From Eimeria praecox (Eukaryota), in assembly GCA_963920595.1 (NCBI GenBank), contig OY986950.1:5084001-5148000 (forward strand): DNA of 64,000 bases. The letters run 5' to 3'. The position numbers and the translations under genes were made by a program. Below the pieces are notes generated by a model that saw only the letters and a program-made list of their open reading frames with translations, searched no databases and was not told the origin of the DNA. Shown piece by piece: positions 14,201-26,200 of the stretch (positions within the stretch are counted from its first letter, which is position 1; each line of letters begins with the position of its first letter).

Positions 14201-17200
14201 CAAAGTCAGAGCAACAGGCAAAGAAGAGCAATCCATCCGGAAACGGGAAAATAGCAGTTCACTATGATATCGAGCATAACTCTTGGCGTTTCCGCAGCAG
14301 CGTTGCAGACCGCCATGTAGGGTCCCTGCAACTATTAAGAAAGCGCTTTTTGCCTGTGAACTGATCGAAGAGGCGTACCGTAGGCGCGATCCTGCCTGCT
14401 GGTGCCTGTGGAAGAACTCGTCGACGCACCTGTTGTCTATCTGCAGATGCACCTACAGTGAAGTCTTGTGCTCGCCACCAGCGGCACAGGCTGCTGTCCT
14501 TCAGATGCAGATTCTGTCGACGGGTAGCTGCCGCTGAACTATGTGCATTACAAAATGTTGCAGCACATACCCCTCTGGCGGCACTGTTGTGTAAACGGTT
14601 GCCAGGTTGTTTTCGAATCACCCAAGCAGCTTGCTGAAGTGTGGAGAAACACTAGTGATGCTTGTTCAGACTGTGCAATTTCGCAGCAGCTTCCTGGCGT
14701 GTGTGATGAGTGGGGAGCTCAATGGGTCGCTAAGCGTCCGCGCTACAGAACTCGCTGAGAAGTGCACGTCGTGCATATCTCAACGCCGTAGCGCCTAAAT
14801 GGGCAATTTATGGCGTGGCGTCTGGATTAGCATCTGTTCAAAATCCCCGTTGCACAGGCAGTGAGCAGAAGATTTTGCATTCCGTGGCTATATCTGCGGA
14901 TGTGCAACCATTCATCCAGTTTGCAGCTTAGGGCGTATAAAAGCTCTCACAGTTGTGGCTACGATCCCCGACCTCTCATATCTTTACGCTGCATTTCTAC
15001 TGTGGCGCTGCGATCCCCATAAAAGTCAACTGGCTGCTGAGGTCCTCGGTGCAGCCCATCAGCGTGGTAGAGTGCAGTTAGGAAGGGCTTTATTGCTTCT
15101 TAGGACGTCCTGATGCATCTACCCGAAATAGGAAAGTAGGTGTCCACCTCCCGCGCTTCTAACGCGCAATATCATCTCCCGGGGCATCTTTCGTCAGGAA
15201 GTATGCGCTGAATGACATACGGCACGCCAGAGCTTGGGGAACGCCGTCTTCTCCCGGCGTTCAGTGAAATTTGTGTCTGCTGGTTGCAGTGTCAACTATG
15301 GCGCAGCGGGACCAAATTGGCGATACCGCCCGTGCCACAGGAATGATAAGTTGCTGGATGCTATTCAGCATTGCGCCTCGAGCGACTGGCTTTTCTTGAA
15401 GATTGGGCGTTCTTCTATAGAAAGGAAACGAAGGTTCAGATTTGTCCGAGGGCTGCAACTACTTTACTTTCCAATTCGTTTTCGAGGAGTGTAGCATTAG
15501 TATGGATTTTATATCTGGTTTTGATGAGTGTTGGTGTAAAAAGTCGAAAACGTTGTCTAGGATTTGATAATGGAACTTCAGCCGTCGCTCTGCAAGATGG
15601 TGTAGCAAAGCCCTTGCATTATCCTGCCTACGAGACGATGCACAAGAACCTGTGCCTTTTCATGTTTTGAAAAACCAAGCTGGCATGCTTTTGCGGGTTG
15701 CTACTGCCACTGGGATCTCGAGGGATACTGATGGGCTGCTGCTATTAAGAGCGCAAAGGAGGGTCTAGGGCTCGTTGCCATTGCAGCGGTGGATGCATAA
15801 CATGGCCACTTGCACCACTTGACTGTATCGCAAGAAGTGCAGTGCTAATCTGTTTTTTGCTGTATCCCTGTATTATGCACCGGCTGACCTGAGCATGTAG
15901 TTTGCAGGTACGGTGGTACAGCGAGTAAGCCTCTGGTCAAGCGGGTGCTAGCCCTAACTACGTAAAAAGCTTACATGGCGTTTCATTCCCTGCCCAGCAG
16001 CAGTACTTCCTTTGATCGCAGCACTCAAGTTTCATGACGTGACGCAATGTTGCACAGGCAGTAGGCGAACTGTAGCACAGGATATGGAGCAATTCCAGGA
16101 GTACCAGGAGCCGGGCTACTTGAATGCTAAAAAGGCGGTCCACGGCGCACCACATGGCTAGCGTGGAACTTTGTCGCGTAACTGGCAGCAGCGTGAGATA
16201 AGAGCGGCTCAGGGGGAAATAGGCTAGTTGCGCCATCTTGGCTGTTTGTTACGTGCTACAGGAATCATTAGACCGCCTCCTGACGACAGCTTGCACTTTC
16301 CCGTCTTTTATTTACCCCTATGGTCAATGCGTATCGCATGGGACCTTGGATGCCAAAGGACGCCCAAGCACCTGGCCGGAACTCGCGTACAGGATAACAG
16401 ACGGGCCCAGTGTAAGGTAATGCAGCAGCCGCCCTTTCACCTTGGAAGTGGTCGCGGGGATGTATGCGTGCGCAACATGCACGTTTCCACAATTTGCTGA
16501 CTGGCGCATCGGACCCTGGGGTGCGGTAACAGCAGTGACGCCTCGATTGCAGGTCAGGGCAAGGGTTCGCATTAACTGGTGGCGATGAAGTACGGCATGA
16601 CCAAATGGGGTCTTCGTTTTGTACGTGAGCTCTGCTTTGCGGTGCACACAGTCCTGGGGATGCAGCAAGTAAGGTCAAGCAAAGGAGTAGCTTTATTTGT
16701 GGCATCCAGCTCTACGTTTTCTCGCTATGTAATGTGTGTATGGCATGCGCTTTGATGAATGATTATTCCCCACAGCGGCAGAATGCCTGGTATCGTGACC
16801 GACCCCGTTCAGCATGCCATTTGTACAGGAAGTATGGTGCAACTGCTAAATGCTATAGAATAGTGCGAAAGATTAAAAGCAACGTGCTAGGTTGTGCGCT
16901 ATTTAGGGTGCCACCGTATGATAGAGCATTTGAGTCTACTGGTAAGCTTGTTGCGGCAACGCAAATAAGACCTTGTCCAAACTGAGGCAGCTGAGACATA
17001 TGAAACTCAATTCTTTGACAGCCAGATATGGCCGCGCAGGCTCTATGTAGTTGGAGTTTGGCATGCTGTTGCATGTGGGCACTTTTAATGGTAGCTTGAG
17101 TGAGAATAGCAGATTTTGCCTGTACGTGCTAGGCTAGGGCAGGACTGGCAGCACTAGGAATAAATGACCCGCTGCAGCAGCATTAATTGCTGCATTTCTT

Positions 17201-20200
17201 GTTGCTCACGCCTAAGGGTGATCTGGGGTGCAGCTATCACACGCTCACGGAGGTGCAGAAAGTGCGCTCATGGTCAAGGGGCGAGCCGGTTCTCAATATT
17301 GCCTAGAGCCTGATCCCCGCTTTCCGAAATTGGTGTTGCCGCGCTGCCGCGTACACATTTTTAGAACAAGCATGTAGGCAACGGAACTTGTTAAATATCA
17401 TCTCTTGCACAGGCCGTAGGTTTGCGAAGCTGTCTGCTATGGAATGGAGCGTTGCGCAGACATAATATAGATCACTGGCAACGAGGAACTGTTAACGGTG
17501 GCGTCTTGTTGGCTTGCAAGGCGGCGCATCTGGGTTACCTTTTAGGGACTGAAAACTTTGGCTCACATCATAACAGAATGATTGCCCGAGTGGCCTAGTT
17601 GCCGAATAGAAGGGGCTCGTTGTGATGTGCTTCATGACCAATATTCCAAAGGTCGGCGACGCTGTTTCCATGTGGGAGTGAGTAGTGTAAAAACCTGGTG
17701 GAGGAGAGGGATGCGCATGAGGCGACGCTGCACGGCAATGAAGCAGCCAGTCTTGCGGTAACTTTTCATATGCCTTCCTTTAACGGTGCATTGTGCCGTT
17801 TGCCGGCTCCCGTTACCTTCATTGTGTGAAACCATTGAATCTGGGTGCTGACAGTGTCCTATCCAGTCAATTAAATACAATTTCTCTGCTGGAAGGTAAT
17901 TTAGGCGAAACTATACTTGCCGCTGGCACCCACGTAGCCAGCTGGAAGCATTACATCGCAACAGATGATCCATACAGGGTCGCGTCTCACGAACCCATGT
18001 TCTGTCAACAAAGCAAGTGCGTTTTCTGCAAAGCGCGTTCTCTTCGCAATAGGGTAAGCTGGGGCCCCTCGATTCTGTTCCCACAGTGCACTAAAGGAAA
18101 TCTGTGCAATTTCTCCATGGATGCCCGATGGCGAAACAAAGAAACATGCGTAGCAACGAGCGAGAAGTAGAGGTAGCCTGCATGCTCTTCTATACAGTTA
18201 GTAGGTGTAACGTTGGCTGGATGCTAAGCCCAGAGGTATAAAGCGCCTGTGACAATTTCACTCATGCGGGAGTGAGAAGAGGTAGAGTGAGAAACTGTGA
18301 CGGCGGATTCAGTTGACGGCTAAACTCGCTCTGGACTAGTGGCCGGCCAAACCAGGAAAGGCGGTTATCACATTCCCGCAGCTGGTTTGGGGTGTGCTTG
18401 CTCGAATATGCATTGCTTGTCAAAGATTCTGTTTTCTGGGAAAGCTGCGTTTTCAGTATCAGCATGGTGGCATCCCTCTTTTAGCACGCGACAAAGCATT
18501 GGGTCTTCTCTAACGTAGCAGATGGATCCCAAACAACCACAACCACTACAGTACACCGGGTATGATAGCGACGTGCACGCTTGCTCACGAGAAGGCGACG
18601 CAGGCTGTTCAGGAAAGTGCAGTTTTTCTTCTACCGCCCTTATCATTTGCGCTCATTGAAGCGTGGGACACTGTCTTGTTTGCAAACTCCTTAGCATTCA
18701 CGATGCTACGAATCATGAAGAGCTTATTTTATTGGCAACTGTTTCCCCCAAATTAAGTCCTGCAGTCGTGATTCCCCAGCGTCTCATGGAAAAAAGATGG
18801 CTGCTTTGAAGGCTGTATTATTATGAGGCGAAAAAACCTTGTCAGCACTTTCGCTGTGGTTTCTAGCATTACAACTACTCAGCTATGGCTTTTTGAAACG
18901 GCTGCGTCCCATGTGCGGGATATGTAGGACAATCATGCAGTGCATTCCGTTTGCAGACGCCTCGAACTGCTTGCGCAACTATGAGTAAACGGGGGGCCAC
19001 AAGGCATCTTTCCAAACTGCAGGCTGTTCGTTTTGCCTCATGGGTAATCGTGCACTAGGTAACCCTTGTGCATGGCAGGAGTTGCCTTAACCTTTTAGCC
19101 AGCAGCCCGATCCAGTCAATCTACTGAAATGGGCAGAAATCATAGTAGGCTTCCAGCGAACGTGTGCTGGGATCCTTATAGACGTTTCAACGATTTGCGT
19201 CGGCCAAGCTGGGATCTATTGCTTTCTGGCAGTGCAGTCTACATACGTCATAACCCCGCGCGAAAAGCGTACTTTGCCGAAAAATGGCGGCCTGGCTACA
19301 AAGTAATGAGCAAACGCAACTCTTGGCAAGAAGAAAAATGCATACAGGCAGTACGCGTGAACTTGAATTTTGTGCAGTATTGTATTTGCACGAACTTGGG
19401 TTTATTGCAAGTATGGGTTTGAAAGATATCTTTAGCGGTCGAAGTTGTTTGTTTGGCTCTATTTTCATTTTCACCCAGGCCCAGTGCACAAACGTTCAGC
19501 ACAGTGACAGCGAGAGCTTTTTGCCTACCAGACAGTACGGATGCGCTTGCGAGGGAGGTAGAAACAGCTTTTGGGTGTGACACCAAAGCCTTATGGTTCG
19601 TTGACGTCCTGCAAAAATGTGGGAGTGCAGTGAATAGCGTGTAGTCGAACACCTAGCAGCGCTGCTATACCTATACCGGGCTTTTATTCGTATTGTATGC
19701 TGTTAGTGTGCCCTTCGATTGGCAAACGGAGGTGCGGGATCCGACGCTTTGTAAGCAATTGAGCGGGAAGCGTTCGTCGACGGTGTACAGGACATGTTGC
19801 ATCAGGTTGTAGGCTTCATTCCTGAATTAATGTGGTTAAAAACTAAGACTGCAAAATGGTCCTTATTCAAACCCAGAATCGATCACATTCGAGAGCACTC
19901 CGTGCCTGAACCCTAGCGTATAGAGCTTGCATCATAAATGCAGTTAATCTGCCTGCTGAAGCTGCGTTCTTGTAGCTCGCCTTGAGCACAAGCAACAGAA
20001 GCTTTGATTACTCCCCCAATGCCGTCGTCCATCTTCGCAGCCTAGCATGCTGTGCAACAGGAAGTACGCTAAGCGTGCGGACTCTGAGCACAAAGAAGGC
20101 GTCGAAGGTAGCTCCAAAATCAGAAACCGTGTTGTGGGGGTGCATTTATGGGGTACAACCTTGCGTATGCCTACATGAAAACGCGGGATGGAGAGTTGCG

Positions 20201-23200
20201 GCTACATTTCCCACAAGCGCCTTATTCTTAGATTGGTAGTTCACGGCTGTGCCCGCCCTTCATCACGAAGATAGCATAAGGCCCACATGGGTGTGGGTGA
20301 TGAGATGATCAATGATATATTGAGGCAATAAGAAAGACTTTTGCACTAGGCGGTAAGCTGCTTTCCCATGTGACTTGCATACTCAGTCCCTTGAACGCAG
20401 CCAATTGTGCGTCAGAAGTCGGTAACTGACTGTTCGGTTTGAGATCTTCGCGCACAAATGGACTAGTATACTTTCTCTTCGCTCTATACTTCTGGCCCGT
20501 TCCAGCCCACGCTCTTGTTGGGATATCACCCATTTGACTATATTTGGATTTTTTATTGAGAGTAAAAGGTTCTTGAATTTGCGTTTGATGCTGAAGGCAT
20601 ATATTCCGGTACCATGTAACTTCGATGCTTCGTGACTCCTCAGGCTGTACGGTTCACTTCTAAAGTGCATACATCATAAGCTCCGCTTGCAGGCATGCAG
20701 AACCATCGTTAAAACACATGAGCATTCCAGCAACGTTCCGCGCATCGTCTGCTCATTCATCATGCACAAAGGCGGATGGAATATAAGCACAGCAGATATC
20801 GTGGGTTTACCGTGGAACGCTGGTGAACAAGTACAACAAAGTGACAACTGCATTTGCAGTGGACTCCAAAAATACCAGGCAGTACGCTAGCTTCGTAGCG
20901 TGCTCATATGGGGAGTCCCGCGTTAACTGGCAATTACATGGGAGATTTCCCGCAGCCATTTGAAAGGCTTTGAGTGTCTCGGTTTAGTGGTCCGATTACC
21001 GATTTCTTCTGTTCTTGTGCAGATGCTTTGCGCTGGTACAATGCCAGTGAATTATGAATCAGGCAGTAAGCGTGTTTGCACAACAATCGCTAGCGCCGTT
21101 AGGATTTGTGAGCGCTTGAGGCAGGCTACGTTTCGTATGTGTGGCCTGCCTAAGATCGGCTGGAGCATATGGGAACCCTTAATGCCGTGGTGCTAGGCTG
21201 GTAACGCATCAGGCTGTGTGTTTGTACTCCATATGGCACGTGCCAGCACTGCGTCTGCTACCGGCGTGAACAAAGGGGACGCTTCGCAAATATTTTTCAT
21301 TTGTTTTACACTGCGTGCACTACCCCCAAAACAGCCGTCCTACAAAAGGAGTAATTAGCTAATATGGATAAGGCTAGTGTTGGCTACTACCGGGAATATG
21401 GCCCATGGCTGGGTGCCTCGTAAGTAGGAAAAGAGCACATATCGTGTCTCAAAATTGGTCCCATGCATCAGGCAGTATGATTGCTCTCGATCCGATTTCC
21501 ACCCATAAATTGTGGCCTTAACCGCGTGCCATGCGCCAAGCACAGCTAGTTGCGCTCCATCATACTTTCCCGCTCAGTGCTGGGTAAGCAGTAAAACGAT
21601 TTCACAATCACCGATAGGCACCTACAGGCTTGTTGGTATGAACGTGCCTTTGCGAAAGTGGGTTGAGTCTGCTTCGCGCTGATGTGTACGATGAACAAGA
21701 AGCCAGCGTGCTTGAAGGGAATATGAGAATCCTGCCCATCAGGCTGTACGTTGGAAAGAGCTTAGTGCTGTTGATTTCATTTGAATAGTTCGGGGATCCC
21801 ACTGTCCCAGGCTGGGTTAACGTGATTGCGCAGACAAATTTGGCAGTGGCCATGCATTGGAGAAGGGCCTTCTGCACTTCCTAGACGAGCCATCCGTCAA
21901 AACCGCAATGGAGCAACCCAACGATAAGGCATATGCAGTCTTCTAGATGGGTGATCATTGATTAGAGAGTGCGTTTAGTCTGAATTCAAGCGATGGAATT
22001 TTTCGTGCTCGCTTCAACCAGACCGTTTGTTTGGGTGCTCGTGTGCCACGGAGGTAATGCAGATGTGCACGAAGCTTGCCTACTTGAAGCTTGTGCGCAT
22101 TTGATTCTCCAGGCAGTGCGTTCAGCGCGTTTTCTGGAAGCTAAACGGATGATTGTATTCGACAGCTAAAATGATGTATATTCCCTGCTTGCTTACTTCT
22201 CAGTGTTGGAATTTCTTGTTCATGCCAGACGTAATGTCGAATTCTCAGCTAGGTATCGCTGACGCGGATCATACTCAAGCCAGTACTCACGGTTGCAAAA
22301 TAGGTGACGTCTTTAATTTATACCTCTTGCCTAAGCGTTGAACACGGATGGAAGCCTGGAGACGTTGTAGAGACCAAGCATCGGTGGCGGCTCTCCAAAA
22401 GTGTACTTTGTCAGGAAGTACGCAACATATTTGATGTGTTAAAGCGCCGCTTCGGAACATGTGTACTCTCAAAGATAATTCTAAAACCAAGCGTTGCTGT
22501 CCTTGCTAGCAGCCGTGACGTTTTGGAAATTATCTGTATCACGCACCGTAGGCGTTCGTCCTCTTCTTTGATGGCTTCCTCAGGCTGCTGGACAGCTTTT
22601 CGGGGGCGTTGTGTATGGTACCCAATTTAGCCTTGATGGGTAAGGAGCAGAAGTGAGCACCAAAGAATAAGCTCACCTTGAATCAGGAAGTACGCTTGCT
22701 CTCGAGGCTGCTTGAACGAGAACGAGCTTGGAGAAGTGAATCTTCAAGAGCGGATGCGTGAGACGGTTTCCCAACTTGAGCTAAATGGGCCGAACCAGGT
22801 TTTGCAGCGCGAAGGAATCGCTGGTTCAGAACTGAGCGCAATCTACTTGCGTGTTGATCGCTTACCTGTGCATTCATCCTTTAGCAAATCACGCGGATGG
22901 GGACAGGAGAGCCGTGATAGGCAGATGGCAGGCAAGTGAATTGTGCACCTTTCGACGCTTTGTGAATCAGGCAGTAAGCCCGACACTGTTTCCGGCACGG
23001 AGCTAACGAAATGCTGAGCAGGTTCAGTTATAGATAATCATCACATGCTGTACTGCAGATGCGGCTTTTCTACCAAATCACATTGCGCAACTGGGGAAGT
23101 GTAGCGGGCGGGTCAAAACAGGCCACTCACTTAAGCGGTCCAGAAATGGCGTGCATCAGGCTGTAAGCTTTCGAGCCTGTAAACGTCGACAAAGGGAGCC

Positions 23201-26200
23201 GCGTGTTGAGGGTGCAAAACAAGCTCAAAAAGTATTGGAGCGGGGCAAAAACGGCTGAATGCCTTCTAGGGAAGACAGCAAAAAAGGCGTGCACTGATTC
23301 TGTAAATAAGAAGTATCTGGGGATTTAGAACTGCTCGTCTACGGCTGATCATGCTTCCTCTACGGTAAGACTGATGTGATTTAAAAGCGTGTGGCAACCA
23401 AGCGTGTACCTTGTCAGTGATAAAATGCCATACATTAGAAAGTAAGCCCGTTATCTGTGCTTAGCACACATGCAGTGTATTGAAAGAAGCATGGAGTTCG
23501 ACGGATAGCCAGGAGGCATTTGACGGTGTTAGGCTGTGCTTTGCACTCAAGATAGCGACCGGTAGAGTGCCACGTGAAGATTAGGAGTAACCTTTACCAC
23601 CACCGCCATACACTGTCCTCATGCAGCTAGATTCAAAATGTGGGCAACAACAGGCGTTTAAAACGATGCTGAATGCCAGATAATAAGAAATGTTGCGATA
23701 GGAACCATCCATGTTTCAGAGAGTAAGCCTTAGCGTCCAGCAGCTTCCCCAATGCACCAAGGATATCAGGGGTATCTGGAGACTTGAAAGCACTCCACAA
23801 AACACAGTTTGGCAACGCATCATCCTCCATCATTGTTCTTTTACCAAAAATTTATCGCGCTTCGCAGGCATGCCGATTCAGCAGCCAACTGCAGACTAAT
23901 TGAATGAAATGCAGGTACCCGGCGTCTGAATACATTTTCAGTGTGGTGAGTAGGGCTTGTGGGTTTTATCAGGCTTATTCGTGCAAAATGTAGTATGCAT
24001 CTCACTACTCATTCAAAAGGCAGTAAGCTTGTTCTCTGTTTGTTATGTACATGCTGTACTTTAGTGAATGCCAGGAGGAAAACACTTCCTAATGGATGGT
24101 ATGAGTTGGTCATGCATGATGGAACGGTGCTAGAGTTATTGTAGAGTACGTCTTTTGCCGAAATTGCTTATGCGTTTGCAACTGCACTGCGACTGCTCCT
24201 TGTTGCTATGCTCCAGCCAGTGCGCTATATTTGCAAACAACCTGCTGATCCAGGCTAGTGGCATGCTCCGCGCATTTTTGTAGAAGCGGGGCACTCTTAC
24301 ATTGGGAAGGATGACACGAAGGACTTGCGTTTGTGACCAGCTGGCGAATATTCTTACAGTCATGCACTGGACACTTGTTATCCTAGGTACTGCAGACTGT
24401 GGCTTAACTGCTTTGAACGTGAGCCTCCCGAATCGTCTCCTGGGGGTTTATGATGGAGCAGATAATTTAGAATGCTCGGGTGTGGCGCGCATAGGTGAAC
24501 AAAAGCACGTTGCGGCGTGTTTGATGAACCTGCAAGGCTTTGCGCATGCTTGCCGCTCTTCGTTGCCGCACCAGAAGATGTTTTAGAAGACAAGAGTGCA
24601 GCCTAGGCAGGTCTGAAAAGGTGGGGCTTGACGATAGAGGAAATTTCACCACGCGATTGCCATGCATCACGGCGTGGGCCTAATACCAACAATGTAAGCA
24701 GTGACTGTCACGCATTCAAGGGACCATGGTGCATTCGGCGGGCACGCAGAAACGATCGTATGCGCGCGCCCCCGGCAGCGTGAATATAACGGGACAGGAA
24801 GTGAGCGCGACCTTCACAGTAGAGCACTAGAGCAGAGCGTGTTGGCTTGCTGAGCGCCCAATGAGGCTATTGACAATCTGCCGGTCAGACGCACCAGAAA
24901 ACTGCTTTTGCCATTATTGGTTTTTTTTTAATTTAGGACTTTCCTTGTGAATACGTCTGGTGTTCAAATCCTCATGGCGCCTAGGTTGGAAATAGGAGCG
25001 GCCCACAGTATACTGCTTAGTGCATGAAGAGCCTGCTTGCACAGATCCAAAATTGGAGTGCCAGAGGAAAGCTGTCCCTCCTGGAATTTACGTGGCATGC
25101 GTTGCCAGGCTTGAGGAGGCAGAGGAGGAACGAAACGAACGCTGCTTCTTAAGAGGTATGCGTGCATTTACCAGCACGTGGAGCGCAAATGAATTTGAAA
25201 ACATGGTACGAGATTGCCAAAGAAATGCCCCTGCTTTTGCTGCATGCTTGGGCGCAAGCTTGGTTTATGACGAGTGCTAGGCCACGTTCGGATGATTTCC
25301 ACGTTGCTTCTAACGGCTAGCATTGGCATTCGGCGGCTGCCATGCATCAGGGTGTCATGCTTCGAGCTACGGGAACAAAGAACAGCTCGACTGCTGCTAA
25401 AGAATTGGGTTTATTTCGATAGATTTGGGAGTCCTTAGGGCTGAACTAGTAACTTTGCGACGTGTACCAGAGTCTAAAAAAACTGCCTAACCAACATAAA
25501 AATACCAATCATGAAGCTAATTTTCTGCAACTCTTGGCTTCTCCGCCTGAGTCGTGCCAGGAGGATGTAGGAAAAGAACAAGCTGCCCGAACGCACTGTG
25601 CCAGAACAGAAATGTCATGCAACGCGCACTGCGATCTGTCTCTACATCGCTACTACAAGATGCACATTTTGCTGGCTTGCGGCAATTTAGAATTTCGTTT
25701 TATTCTTACGAGCGCTGCTGGTTTTGGGGCACGCATGGGCGTTTGAGGGCTTAGGTGGTACCCTCATTATTGGGCCTACAACTATAGAGTACGGTTAAAG
25801 GCCAGACTTGGCATTGTAACCTTTCAACGCAGAACACGATGGGCTGCGCAAAACAACTGAGAGGAAGGTGTGCGCTTGGTGGATAGAGGTCCCTCAACCT
25901 CGTTGGCGCTCCATTTGCTAGTTTTGCTCTCCAGGGAAAATTGTGGCATGCTGACACGAAGATTTATCTCCGCTTCACTGAGCTGATTTGGACTAAAATT
26001 CAACATGGAGGCAATGTGCCATCACGGCTGCATCGCGTGGCAGGCGGTACGCTTGAACCGCAGTAAACGCAAGCGTTTTCTTACCATTTTACGCTTTGAA
26101 GAGTGGCACATTCATGTGAAGAGCTAGATTTTAGGGTTGGTCTGCCTGCTCAAGTGAACCAAGTGAACTTGTGACGGCACGCAGAGAAACTATTGTTGTG

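Noticed and set aside
16268..16705. - strand ORF starting MPQIKLLLCLTLLAASPGLCA, which resembles a signal peptide
   Set aside because: The rest of the ORF looks random, it is antisense to the micro-exon series, and nothing else supports it.
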